Source of the DNA: Mobula hypostoma
Taxonomy: Eukaryota
Direction: 5' to 3'
DNA: 64,000 nucleotides
NCBI RefSeq assembly: GCF_963921235.1
Contig: NC_086108.1
Location: forward strand, 4,898,001 to 4,962,000
Positions within the stretch are counted from its first letter, which is position 1; each line of letters opens with the position of its first letter. The position numbers and the translations under genes were made by a program. The notes below the pieces were generated by a model, which saw only the letters and a program-made list of their open reading frames with translations, searched no databases and had not been told where the DNA came from. Below, piece by piece: positions 25,436 to 38,195 of the stretch.

Positions 25436-27319
25436 TGCACAGTTCACCAGTGCCCTTAAGTGCAGGAGTAGCCATGTGATCTGCAGTATGATCTACGACA
25501 GTATTACATAACATAGATGAGCAAATTCCTAACCAATTTACTCTCTGGGAAAAAGATACCAGCTGTCTACTCTATCTAAACATCACATGTACATCGAAAC
25601 ATCGAAACACAGTGAAATGCTCAATGACTATCACAGTCCAAGGATAAGCAGGGGGCAGCCTGCAAGTGTTGCTTTGCTTCTGGCACCAACAGACCATGCC
25701 CACAATTTACTAGCCCGTACTAACGCGTACAGCTTTGATCTGTGGGAGGAAACTCGAGCATCAGGAGGAAATGCACTTAGTTGTGGGGAGAACGTATAAA
25801 CTCCTTACAGACAGCAGCAGAAATTGAACCCTAATCACTGGTGCTGTAAAGCGTTACGTTGTAAATCTGTGCCTCTCATTCAATTCTAAATCTCCATCAG
25901 ACTCCCCTCCACCATTCCAAGGAAAACAATCCATAATTTATCCAACCACTACTTACAGCACATGCCCTCTAATCCAGGTGGCATGCTGGTAAATCTCTTC
26001 TGCACCCATTCTCGTAGTTGATGCCAACGTGCATTTTGATGTAACAAATGCATAGTTTGTCAAACCAAATGTGAAGTGTTTAACACTGGAGCCAGGCATT
26101 TAGAAATATGCAGCTTGTCATTTGATCAAAATATATTATTGTCAGTAACAGTAGAGACCTGGTCAAGACGGAGCCATTGTACAACACTTCCTCGGTCAAC
26201 ATCTTCCGCATAGTCCAAAAAACTGTTTATTTCACTTGTTTTATGCCTGCTTTTTTATCTTAACTGTATTTCTGGAACTGTGAGAGCCTGTGATTTACAG
26301 TTTGGAGAGCGATTGAGTGATTTTGCACTCTGCGGTCTCCGAAAAGATTCCAGTAAGCAAGCTCGAGCGTGAGCAGCCTCAAGGTGAAGAAGCTTAGAAA
26401 GGGGCATAAGCCCGTGACAGACTTAAGTATTGAAGAAGATTGAAACATCAAGGCTAATGCAAAGGGCAAGCCAACTACCTGCCCCTTGATCGCAGCTGTG
26501 ACAGGACTTTCACTGCTGCAGGAGAAGGAGTCTGTGTGGTAGCCCTATTGCTCGCTGTTGCCCGAGGAAAGGCCTCTGCATTCAAGTGGTATCTCTTTCA
26601 ACACTGTTAGAGGATGGTACCGAAGTTCTGTGATTTATGGATTACACTATGGACTGCGAGCTCTTTCAGTTTTATGGTATTTAATATTCTGCGTTTTCAC
26701 TGTTCTGTCGTGTTGCCATATGGCAGCTACGTGAGTTTTTTTGTGCGGGAGGAGGCGGGGTTTTGGGTTGATGATCGTGTTGCTGTTATTTTTGTGCAGG
26801 GGGTGGGTTTGATATTTTTCTTTGAACGACTTACATGGTTTTCTTTGCTTTGTGGCTATTTGGAGAAGACAAACCTCAGAGCTGCATAGTGCATACATAC
26901 TTTCATAACAAATGAATCTTTAACCATTTGAACTAATAGACACAGGTCTTTTGTATCCAGCTGTCTTCTGACCAGCAGTTCCAAGTCATGAAAGTTAACC
27001 TGACCACCAGATGGTGCATAACAGCACAAAGTGCTTCCCTGACAGAGGGTTGGAACACAACTCCCAATGATACACAATAAACTCAAGAATGCAACCACAG
27101 GGTAATGGCTGCATAAATCTACTAATCCAGGGAACAATGTACTGGAATACCAGTGCCACAATCTTGCCAAGTTATTTCAATCACAATTAGTTAAAAGTGC
27201 ATAACTTTACAAGCAAAAGCTTTTCTTTAGTTGCTTTTAAACCTCCAATATCCTGAAGCGTTTCACTGCCAAAAAAGTATTTTTAAAATACAAAGTTCAA
27301 AGTAAATTTATTATTGAAG

Positions 27320-28115
27320 AACATAATATAGAAAGTAGAGCACAGGAACAGGCCCTTTGGTCCACAACATTGTGCTGAACCAGCTAAAAAGCAAGTCAAA
27401 AAACACCCAAAAGACTAATCCCTCCAACCTACACCATGTCCATATCCCTCCATCTTCCTCACAATCGTGTGCCTCTACTGTATTTGCCTCTATCACCATA
27501 CCTGGCCAGGCAGCACATTCCAGGCATCCACCACTCTCTGAGTAAAAAACTTACCCCTGACATCTCCTCTGTTCCTACTTCCAAGCACCTTAAAACTGTG
27601 CCCTCTTATGCTCCCCAATCCAGGCAACATCCTTGCAAATGTCCTCTGCACCCTTTCTATAGTTTCCACATTCTTCCTGTAGTGAGGCAACCAGAGTTGA
27701 GCACAGTAGTCCAAGTGGGGTCTGACCAGGGTCCTATAAAGCTGCACCATTACCTCTCAGCTCTTAAACTCAGTGGCTGATGAAGGCCAATGTACCTTAT
27801 GCCTTCCTAACCACAGCGTCAACTTGTGCAGCAGCTTTGAGTGTCCTATGGACTTGGACCCCAAGATCCTTCTGATCCACCACAATGCCAAGAGTCTTAT
27901 CATTAATACTACATTCTGCCATCATATTTGACCTACCAAAATGAACCACCTCACACTTATCTGGGTTGAACTCCATTTGCCACTTCTCAGTCCAGCTTTG
28001 CATCCTATCAATATCCCGCTGTAACCTCTGACAGCCCTCCACACTATCCACAACACCCCCAACCATTGTGTCATCAGCCAATTTACTAACCTATCCCTCC
28101 ACTGCCTCATCCAGG
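27320..28115 (-). mobile_element. CR1 LINE 3' fragment
   Basis: ADDTMVGG...WQMEFNPDKCEV, LYRTLVRPHLDYCAQLW and FFTQRVV motifs. Confidence 0.85.
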
Positions 28116-28244
28116 TTCCATAATTTTGTTTTGTGGCTGTCTGTGGGGAAGACAAATCTTAGGGTTGTATACTGCATACATAGTTTGTTAATAAATAAAT
28201 GTACTTTGAATCTTGAATGTGTAATTAGAATGTGAACTTCAGAA

Positions 28245-28730
28245 AGAGTTAGATGAGGGAACACAAATCAGTCCTCATAGAGAAATCAGAAGTGGAGAGA
28301 GTGAGCAATTTCAAGTTCCTGGGTGTCAAGATCTCTGAGGATCTAACCTGGTCCCAACACATCGATGCAGCCATGCAGGAGGCAAGACAGCAGCTATATT
28401 TCATTAGGAGTTTGAGGCGATTTGGTTAGTCACCTAACACACTCGAAAACTTCTACAGATGCACCGTGAAGAGCATTCTGACAGGCTGCATCACTGTCTG
28501 GTATGGGGGGCACACACCGAAAGAAGCTACAGAAAGTTGTAAAATTAGTCAGCTTCATCATGGGTACTAGCCTCTGTAATATCCAAAACAGCTTCCAGAA
28601 GTGGCACCGCATCCATCATTAAATGACTCCAATCACCCAGGACATGCCCTCTTCTCACTATTACCATCAGGAAGGAGGTATTGCATTGTACTGCTGTTGC
28701 AAAGTTAATAAATTTCACAACATAATTATG
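28245..28730 (+). mobile_element. Rex1/Babar-like LINE 3' fragment
   Basis: Same family as 8523-9160. Confidence 0.7.
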
Positions 28731-29559
28731 GATTAGCATTCCATGGTAAAGTGAGGATAATGTGCAGATCAGGAATGCAAAATCCGAGTTGCATTATATT
28801 TAATCATTGCTGAATGCCGAACACAGCAGGGAATTTATTACCAGCAGAGGCAAGCAGGTTCATAAGTGAATATAGCATCCTGCTAAAGATTGAGTGATGT
28901 ATCACTGACGTCAGGTTAACCTTACATCCCAAGTGCAGCAATTTCCTTTCTGTTAACAAGAAAGACTTCAAACCAACTCCACAGCATTACAAAAAAAAAA
29001 GCTCCTGACTTTCAAGCTTGGAAAAGATTTCACAAAACCAGAGGATTGTAAGTGTTTTACAGAGGGTGGTTTTGAAACTGGATGCAAAATATAACTGCTA
29101 TTTGCTTGGAGATTTAGTTGAAAAATTAGGTACTCAAAATTATGAGGGGTACAGATAGAGCAAATCCAAGCTAGCTTTCTCCCTATTGAAGTTGGGTGAC
29201 ATCATAACTAGAGGTCATAGGTTAAGGGCGAAAGGTAAAATGTGGAATGTTTAAGGGGAACCTGACGGGAAATGACTTCACTCAGAGAGTGGTGAGAGTG
29301 TGGAACGATTACCAGCAGATATGGTAGATGTTGGCTCGATTTCAACATTTAAGAGAAGTCTGGATAAATACCTAGATGGGAGAGGTATGGAGGGTTATAG
29401 TCTAGGTGCATATCAATGGGACTAGGTAGAATAATAATTTGGCAAGAACTAGATGGGCCAAAGGTCCTGTTTCTGTGCCCTATGACTCTATATCCAGACC
29501 TCCATTCCTACCATGACATTATGTTTGTAGAAGAGCTTAGGTTTTGGGTTTTTCATTTA

Positions 29560-31169
29560 CAAACCCCATTTCCAGAAAAGTTGGGATATTTTCCAAAATG
29601 CAATAAAAACAAAAATCTGTGATATGTTAATTCAAGTGAACCTTTATTTAACTGACAAAAGTACAAAGAAAAGATTTTCGATAGTTTTACTGACCAACTT
29701 AATTGTATTTTGTAAATATACACAAATTTAGAATTTGATAGCTGCAACACACTCAACAAAAGTTGGAACAGAGTTAAAATAAGATTGAAAAGTGCACAGA
29801 ATATTCAAGTAACACCGGTTTGGAAGACTCCACATTAAGCAGGCTAATTGGTAGCAGGTGAGGTATCATGACTGGGTATAAAAGTAGCGTCCATCAAAGG
29901 CTCAGTCTTTGCAAGCAAGGATGGGTCCTGGCTCACCCCTTTGTGCCAAAATTCGTGAGAGAATTGTTAGTCAGTTCAAAAGGAACATTTCTCAACGCAA
30001 GATTGCAGAGAATTTAGGTCTTTCAACATCTACAGTACATAATATTGTGAAAAGATTCAGAGAATTCAGAGACATCTCAGTGCGTAAAGGGCAAGGTCGG
30101 AAACCACTGTTGAATGCGCGTGATCTTCAAGCCCTCAGGCGGCATGGCCTAAGAAACCATCATGCTACTGTGACAATTATAGCCAGCTGGGCTCGGGAGT
30201 ACTTCGGAAAACCATTGTCACTCAACACAGTCCGTTGCTGCATCCAGAAATGCAATTTGAAACTGTATTATGCAAGGAGGAAATGGGATTTGTACATCAA
30301 CTCTATGCAGAAACACCGGTGAGTTCTCTGGGCCTGAGCTCATCTCAGATGGACCGAAAGACTGTGGAACCATGTGCTGTGCTCAGATGAGTCCACATTT
30401 CAGCTAGTTTTCAGAAAAAATGGGCGCCGAGTTCTCCATGCCAAAGATGAAAACAACCATCCAGATTGTTATCAGCGAAAGGTGCAAAAGCCAGCATCTG
30501 TGATGGCATGGGGGTGCATCAGTGCCCACGGCATGGGTGAGTTGCATGTATGTGAAGGTACCATTGACTCTGAGGCGTATATTAGGATTTTAGAGAGACA
30601 TATGTTGCCATCAAGGCGACGTCTCTTCCCGGGACGTCCATGCTTATTTCAGCAGAACAATGCCAGACCACATTCTGCACAGGCTACAACAGCGTGGCTT
30701 TGTAGACACAGAGTGCGTGTGCTTGACTGGCCTGCTGCCAGTCCAGATCTATCTCCTATTGAAAATGTATGGCGCATCATGAAGAGGAAAATCAGACAAC
30801 GGAGACCACGGACTGTTGAGCAGCTGAAGTCTTATATCAAGCAAGAATGGACAAAATTTCCAATTGTAAATCTACTACAATTAGTATCCTCAGTTCCAAA
30901 ACGATTAAAAAGTGTTATTAAAAGGAAAGGTGATGTAACACAATGGTAAACATGCCTCTGTCCCAACTTTTGTTGAGTGTGTTGCAGCCATCAAATTCTA
31001 AATTTGTGTATGTTTACAAAATACAATTAAGTTGGTCAGTAAAACTATTGAAAATCTTTTCTTTGTACTTTTGTCAGTTAAATAATGGTTCACGTGAATT
31101 AACATATCACAGATTTTTGTTTTTATTGCATTTTGGAAAATATCCCAACTTTTCTGGAAATGGGGTTTG
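29560..31169 (+). mobile_element. Full-length Tc1-like transposon (IR/DR type), 1610 bp
   Basis: TA TSD (29558-59, 31170-71). The 214-bp TIRs (29560-29773, 30956-31169) carry outer and inner aaagttgg(g/a)a direct repeats. Confidence 0.95.
29921..30949 (+). pseudogene. Tc1 DD34E transposase, inactivated
   Basis: Single reading frame with in-frame TGA at 30320 and 30335. GQGRK, SDES and SPDLSPIE motifs are present; the second catalytic D reads N (QQNNA), with 34 residues to E. Confidence 0.92.
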
Positions 31170-32267
31170 TATTTTTTAGCCAGTTCAGCACAACATTGTG
31201 GGACTCAGTTGTAGTGTTCCATATTCTATGAGGAATTGAGAGAGTAGTATATAGGGTTCAGCTCAGCCCTCACCTTAATGATTCTCCTTTCCTACCCATT
31301 CTCAATCAAGATTCAAAGATTCAAAGTACATTTATTTCAATGTATGCAGTATATAACCTCGAGATTCCTCTTCCCACAGACAGCCACGATACAAAGAAAC
31401 ACCATGGAACCCTTTCAAAGAAAAACATCAAACTACCCCCTCCCACCCCAGCACACACAATCAGCAACAAAAAAAAAGCAAGAAACTCAGAATATAAAAT
31501 ACAAAATAGAAAGAGTCCAGGCACATTCAGTTCAGCTCTGTTATCTGCAGTCTGCCCAGGTTCAAAGTCGCCCAAAAATAGTAACCGAGAAAAGCAGCAA
31601 CCAGAACCTGAAACATATTATCACGTCAACTACAGTCCAATCTGAATTGGAACATGACATCCACAACAGCAGCCGCTCCCACCACGCCACACGCCTCCAC
31701 GACACACCAGGAATTTGGTGCTCTCAGCCGCCGCACTGGTTTTCCCAGTGAGAAGAATTAGGAAATGTAAAAAAATCCTCACAACAATCACCATCACAGT
31801 AAACTTAATTTAGAGTTTAGACAAATTCTAAACTTGTAAACTCTTATTATACTATATACTTTGAAAATAATGGCACACAACAGTGATGAGTAACTAAAGA
31901 TGGCGCCAGAGATTTTTGCAGACCTGGGCGATTTCTTCCAGTTCATTCTTGGAACAGTTTAATTTCACCTCTTCTCGTGTCTCTTTATCTTTTCAAGGTG
32001 GCTGGGGTCCTGTCAGAGTCCATGGTCTACATCGGCACTCAAACTACTGTTCCTCAAGGATGGTGGGTTCTGGCTTTTGGAGTTCACCGAGCAGCCTGGC
32101 ATTTCACTATCTCCAGATGAGGCCTGGAAGACGTGCACCTTCAGGGTGCGGCTCTGTGGGCGACCCGATTCCTCCCCGGTGGCGCTAACCGAAATGTAGG
32201 CAGGTGGTGTGTGCAGTTGTTGAACGGAGGCCTCTTCTTTCTCTTTCTAGAGAGAGACTGGGTACGG

Positions 32268-32272
32268 GAGAC

Positions 32273-32313
<41 letters not shown>
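32268..32313. repeat. (GA)n microsatellite
   Basis: Read directly from the sequence. Confidence 0.9.
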
Positions 32314-32316
<3 letters not shown>

Positions 32317-33257
32317 TGGGTGTCTGGGTGTGTGTCTGTCCATCTGTTGGTCCTCAAGTCAGGGGAATTCGAATAAGCACTGCTGCAGATTGTAACATCG
32401 ACAGAGCGAACCACAAGCCTCCCCTCATCTGTTGCAGGAGCGATTTTGCTCTCTCCTTCACTAGTGAGACAGAGCCTGTCTGAGATACTGAAGTGTTGGG
32501 ATAGACAATAGTTTTTGATGAACTTTTGACATGATCTTTAGCAGCTTTGCTATTGCCAGCATGGTGTGGTGGGGGGGGGGGGCGGAATTGATGCTTTTGC
32601 TGGAGCAAGTGGGGGAGGGGATTGATGCTTTTGCTGCTGTTTGTGCAATGGGAGGGGGAGGTGGGGCTTTAGAGTTCTAACGTTTTCCTGCCAGTCATTC
32701 TTTGGGTGTTTCTTCTGTATCGTGGATGTCTGTGAAGAGTAAGGATTTCAGGTTGTATACTGTATACATTCTCTGATATTAAATTGAACCATTGAGCCAT
32801 TGAACTGAATTAGTGCAGAAGCCCATCAAAGTACAGAAACACCAGTGGCCAACATATAGGTGCAGTTACAAAGGTCGATGTGCTCTGCTTAATCAACACA
32901 TTAAATCACATACTTAACAGGTCATATGCACTTCCTATTCCCATGGCAAAACAATTCTTTTTTGAATAGACTATAATGATACATGATCAGAGAGCACGGT
33001 TTTAGGTTCAAGACTTTTAACTCACCATTGTGAACACTAAAATGAGAACTTTTTCTTTCGGGAAAAACAGTGGACGTTCTCCTTTCAATGCCCTCCGAAG
33101 TAAATTTCAACCTTGCTTTTATGGTTTGACCTTTGTTCTTACTGTAATTCCCTAAGTGACAATGGCTGGCACTGTATTAAGTTTCGTATGCCCTTTTGTT
33201 CTGTTGATACACAGTGCAGTATATGAAAGAAAGCTGGTTTGTAATTGGATGGAAACA

Positions 33258-33830
33258 GAATCGGAATCAAGTTTATTACCACTGACATAACTTGTGCAAT
33301 TTTTAACTTTGTGGCAGCAAAGCAGTCTTGATGAAGGGTCTCAGCCCAAAATGTCGACTGTTTACTCTTTTCCATAGATGTTGCTCGGTCTGCTGAGTTG
33401 CTCCAGCATTTCATGTGTATTACAGTGAGGTAGTGTTCATGGGTTCAATATCCATTCGGAGGGGAAGAAGCTATTCCTGAATCATTGAGTGTGTGCCTTC
33501 AGGCTCCTGTACCTCCTCCCTGATGGTAGCAATGAGAAGAGGGCATGTCCTGGCTGATGGCATTCCTTAACGATGAAAGCTGTCTTTTTGAGGCATTGCT
33601 CCGTGAACATGCTGGATACTACAGAAGCTAGTACCATGATGGAGCTGACTAAGTTTACAATTCTCTGCAGCTTATTTCAATCCTGTGCAGTAGCCCCACC
33701 CCACCCCCATACCAGATGGTGATGCGCCAGTTAGAATTTTCTCCACAGTACATCTGTAGAAATGTGCGAGTGTCTTTGGTGATGTACCAAATATCCTCAA
33801 ACTCCTAATGAAATATAGCTGCTGCCATTG
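33258..33830 (-). mobile_element. Rex1/Babar-like 3' fragment with a Penelope pLTR inserted (~33323-33425)
   Basis: QLYFIRSLRIFGTSPKTLAHFYRCTVE motif and cagtcttgatgaagggtctcagcccaaaatgtcgactg. Confidence 0.7.
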
Positions 33831-35354
33831 GGAGTTTGAGGAAATTTGGCATGCCACCTAAAACAGTCACAAATATCTACAGATGTGCCATGGAGAAACA
33901 AAGGAAACTAGCAGAGTAAAAGCTGAAAACAGGGAGCACGTCAACAGGAGCCTTTCCCAAAAGGCTGTGAATAGCTCAATCACGTCCAAGCAGCTGTTAA
34001 ATTCTGTATTGAGAACACAATGGAAGACTATATTCAGAACCTCGAGACTACAGTCCAAGGTCAGAGAAACTTCTGATCAATATCCAAATCCCTTCGCTAT
34101 TTCACCTTATCACCTGGCAGCTTCTCACTTCATCCCCTCCTCCTTCCACTCACTCCCCTTCACTCTCAACCGGCTTCACCAACCACCTGCCAGCTCGTAC
34201 TCCTTCTTCACTTTATTGATTGAGATGCAGCGCGGTAAAGGCCCTCCTGGTCCTTTGAGCCTCGCCGCCCAGCAACCCCCAATTTAATTGTAGTGTGCTC
34301 ACAGGACAACGTACAATGACCAACGGGCTGTGGGAGGAAACTGGAACACCTGGTCATACCAACTCCTTAAAGACAGCGGGGTGAGGCGTGGGAGGGAGGG
34401 TCACTGGTATTGTGAAGCATTGTGCTCACCACTACACTACCGCACTGCCCCTTCTGGCTTCTCCCTGCTTCCTTTTCAGTCCTGATGAAGGGTTTCTACT
34501 TGTAACGTCGACTCTTTATTCCCCTCCATAGATGCTGCCTCAGCTGCTAAGTCCCTCCAGTGTTTTGTATGTTTTACTCTGGATTTCCTGCAGCTGCAGA
34601 ATCTCTTGTCTCTATCAGCTCAACCACACCAACACATTAGCCATACGTATAGAAATCAGCCACACAAGACACTTTGAGGATAAAGTCGACCTGGGAATGA
34701 GAATGATAAGAAGTTATCATGGAATGATAAGAATAGGAATGATAAGAAGTTAACATCTACAAGACAGTAGAAATGGAGGGAAAACTCGTGGATGAGAGTT
34801 AACAAATTTCACATCACATGCCGGTGAGAATAAACCTGATTCTGAGAGAGGTCCTACAACCATATGTCTTGAACTGGTGTGGATAACTTCACTCACCAGA
34901 ACTCTAAACTGTTTCCACAACCTAAAGACCCACTTTCAAGGACTCTTTAGAACTCATGCTCTCAGTATCTTTTATTTGCACAATTTATCTTCTTCTGCAC
35001 ATTGGTTACTTGTGTATGTATAGCTTTTCATAAATTCTATTTTATTTTCCTGTAAATGCCTGCAAGAAAACGAATCTCAAGTATATAGTAGTGCACACAC
35101 TTTGATCAAAATCTTACTTTGAACTTTGAAATTCAAAATTTCTTCCACTGCAATGCACTTTTAACCTAAAATCTTATGAGGCTTTGTTTAGGAATCACAT
35201 TAAAATGGCAGGATTTTAAACTGTGGATCCTGTGATGGATTACGATTACCTGAGTGATTTAATAAGTTGTTAGTGAGGTGGGGAGCTTTCAAACAAGTCC
35301 AAAGTAAAAGATACTTTGCTCTGAAAACAGGTTACTCTGAGGGTGGAGGGGAAA

Positions 35355-35755
35355 CAGCATAGATTCCGTCTGGGTAGCCTCCAACCTGATGCATGAATAT
35401 TGATTCCTCCTTCCAGTAAAAAAAATGTCACCTCCCCCTCCCCACTTCTATTCCCTACTCTGGCCTCTCACTTGCCCCTTGGTCCCCTTCTGCTTCCCAT
35501 TCTCCTATGGTCCACTCTCTTGTCCTATTAGATTCCTTCCTCTCCAGCCCTTTACCTTTCCCACCCACCTGGCTTCACCCATCACCTTCCAGCTATCCTC
35601 CCTCCCATCCCCGCCATTGTATTCTTTCCAGTCCTGAAGAAGAGAATTGGCCCAAAACGTCAACTATTTATTCATTTCCACAGATGCTGCCTGACCTGAT
35701 GAATTCCTCCAGTGCTCTGGACTTCCAGCATTCACAGAAACTCTTTGTGTTTATG
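35355..35755 (+). mobile_element. Penelope-like 3' fragment/pLTR
   Basis: ctgggtagcctccaacctgat (LGSLQPD), a pyrimidine tract and a ctgaaga hammerhead remnant at ~35630. Confidence 0.7.
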
Positions 35756-36344
35756 GTAGGCTGCACTCCAGATGTTAGACAAACCAAAGGCAGTTTCTGG
35801 TCTATGCAGAGAGTATCTTTTGCAAAAATGTCTTTCAATGTGAACTGAACACCAGATTAAAAGGAAGTGTTATTTGGTATTAGCTCATCAGTTAAACAGA
35901 GGACTTGGCTCCCAGAGTAGTGCTATCTCTTCCGTCATTCCAAAGAAGGCTAGCATCAAGCCACTGACCCATGTCCAAATGGTTCTGCATCAAATCCCAT
36001 TCAAACGAAGCTGATACAATTAGCTTAATCAGTTAAAGCTGTGCTGTATTCTTGAAATAGTTGCCTGTTATAAATTTGCTTCCTTTAATCTTGGATTAAA
36101 ATTTGCTGTAGCAAACAGAACGTGTTCATGAGTCAGCAGTTTCTGCTGCTTCACTTTCCAAATTCCTGTAATACAATCTTTCTCTTTTGGGTGCTTTTAC
36201 CCTTGAACTATCTCATCATCACCATGTTGTATGATTGTTCTTAGCCAATTTTCCTACCCGTATCTACCAGTGTCATAAAAACAGAAGATGTTGTATACAC
36301 TTAGCAGGGTTTGGCAACAACTGTGGAAAGAAAAATGTACTGTA

Positions 36345-36638
36345 AGGGCCGGCTGGTGGCGCAATGACATCAGCGCCGGACCCGGGAGCGGAGGTTCCCG
36401 GGTTCGAAACCAGTCGGGTCTGCTCCCGAGTACGCTTTCCATCCGTGCCGGGTTGAGTGTCGAGATCGCAACTCGACATCGTAGAATAAAGGGAGAAATA
36501 CTGCGAGGGTGTCTGTGTGAGGAGTGGCGTGTCACACAGTCTCTCTCTCACTCCGTGCCTTGTAAAAGCCATGAAAAAGACATCATCACAAACGTATGCG
36601 CATACCCACATGCAGAGACGCACACGCACAGGCCAAAA
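36345..36638 (+). mobile_element. Young tRNA-derived SINE inserted 9 bp into the 5' LTR
   Basis: A box tggcgcaatg (36357), B box ggttcgaaacc (36401), A-tail and a 14-bp TSD aaaaatgtactgta (36331-36344, 36639-36652). CpG-rich. Confidence 0.88.
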
Positions 36639-36643
36639 AAAAA

Positions 36644-36841
36644 TGTACTGTATGGCCTACAGTATAATAAGGGACTACTTTATGTTGTAGGGACACGTCG
36701 TTGCATGCACCATTAGGCACGTATTAATCTGTACATGTGTGCTGAGTTTGGGTTCTGCCAGTAAAGAAACATGAAACTTAGCTCCTGTCTCTGGCGTTTT
36801 TATTAATAGCATTGTTGTGTAACCAGGCCACATACACAACA
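36644..36841 (+). repeat. 5' LTR (198 bp, TG...CA)
   Basis: Direct repeat of 43985-44207, with about 10 substitutions by manual alignment plus one 25-bp indel. Confidence 0.95.
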
Positions 36842-36844
36842 ATT

Positions 36845-36857
36845 TGGCGATGAGGTT
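36845..36857 (+). promoter_or_regulatory. Primer binding site, probably tRNA-Ser(GCT)
   Basis: tggcgatgaggtt lies 3 bp after the LTR, versus TGGCGACGAGGAT expected from the tRNA-Ser(GCT) 3' end (recalled). Confidence 0.75.
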
Positions 36858-37211
36858 AATGAACCTACACCGTATTAGAACGCCGTGTTTTAATTGATAA
36901 CGACACTCGGAAGAAGAGCGCAAGGAACGAGCCAAGGAGCGGGAGAAGGAGGCAGAGAGAGTCCACGAGTCTGAAAGAAAGCGGGTGCACATGCGGGAGA
37001 CCAAGAGACACAGTCGGAGCCACGGCACGTCCAGCCGAGACCACAGCCGGCGCTGACTCCCAGGGGCTGAGGATCTGCCTGCCTCAGAAGGGAGATAAAA
37101 AGGAGCAACACACACACATCTAGATGGAGTATGCTCGTGGCGCTAGCAGAAAGGACACGCGAGTCAAAAAGGAAAATAAGGGGAGAACAGGGCTAAATTA
37201 ACATAACAAAG

Positions 37212-37933
37212 ATGGTGATGATTGGAACCATTACAGCATTTGATAGTGGCATTGAAGACTGGGCAACTTACATTGAAAGAGTGGAGTTATATTGTGAGGC
37301 TAACGGTGTTAAGGATGAAAAGATAGCCAGCGTCTTACTCAGTATTATGGGAGCAAAAACATACGGCCTGCTACGGAGCTTGTTAACCCCTGAAAAGCCA
37401 GCTGACAAAATGTTCAAGCAAATAGTAGGCACTCTCCAACAGCATTTAAACCCCAAACCACTGGTCATTGCTGAAAGATTTAAATTTTATAATCGGAATC
37501 AGAGCAAAAATGAAAGCATTTCTGAATATTGTGCTGAATTGCGCAAATTATCAGAACATTGTCAGTTTGGAGCTGGTTTAGCGGATGCATTGAGGGACAG
37601 GTTAGTGTGTGGCATGCACTGTGAAACCACACAGAAGAAGCTTCTGTGTGAAAGATACCTTACATTCGAGACCTTACATTGCTAAACATTGTAATATCAA
37701 CAGAAACAGTGGCATTGTGTGCTTCCGAGATACAACAAAAATCTCTGGAATATGCCACTAATAAAATGTCACTGAACAGGAATGAAGGAAAGAAATGTTA
37801 CCGTTGTGGGAACAGGTCACATGTTGGTTTAAAGACAAAGAATGCAGAAACTGTGGCAAACAGGGCCACACTGGCAGAGTATGCAAAGCTAATAAACAGC
37901 AGAAAAAGTACAAAATACAGAGAAACAAGAAAC
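37212..37933 (+). pseudogene. Gypsy gag, frameshifted
   Basis: EDWATYIERV...AERFKFYNRNQSKNESISEYCAELRKLSEHCQFG...LRDRLVCG, and a CCHC knuckle CRNCGKQGHTGRVC at 37843-37884. Confidence 0.9.
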
Positions 37934-38195
37934 GTGTGATGTCGGGCAGTGCAGCGCGGCAGATTTAAAAGGGCAGAAATCCTGCTTCGGGTTTGATTCG
38001 AAGAAGGAAGTCTGAGAGTCTGAGTGGGAGTGCCGAGAAAGACATTTTTGAAATTCTAGTTTTTTTTTCTCCAACGGCATTCAGAGAGGCGGGACTGCGC
38101 AGGCGTGTGACGTCGGGCAGTGCAGCGCGGCAGATTTAAAAGGGCGAGGAAGGTTTGGCATTCATTTTCTGTTGCTATTTGAGGAGAGGGGCATT

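Noticed and set aside
27004..27017. CTCF-like motif ccaccagatggtgc
   Set aside because: A single imperfect motif match is expected by chance in 64 kb and has no supporting evidence.
34697..34752. Short duplication gaatgataagaagtta / ggaatgataagaa
   Set aside because: A local slippage-type tandem duplication with no further structure.
36345..36420. tRNA gene
   Set aside because: A and B boxes are present, but the sequence continues into a unique body, an A-tail and a TSD, so it is a SINE head.
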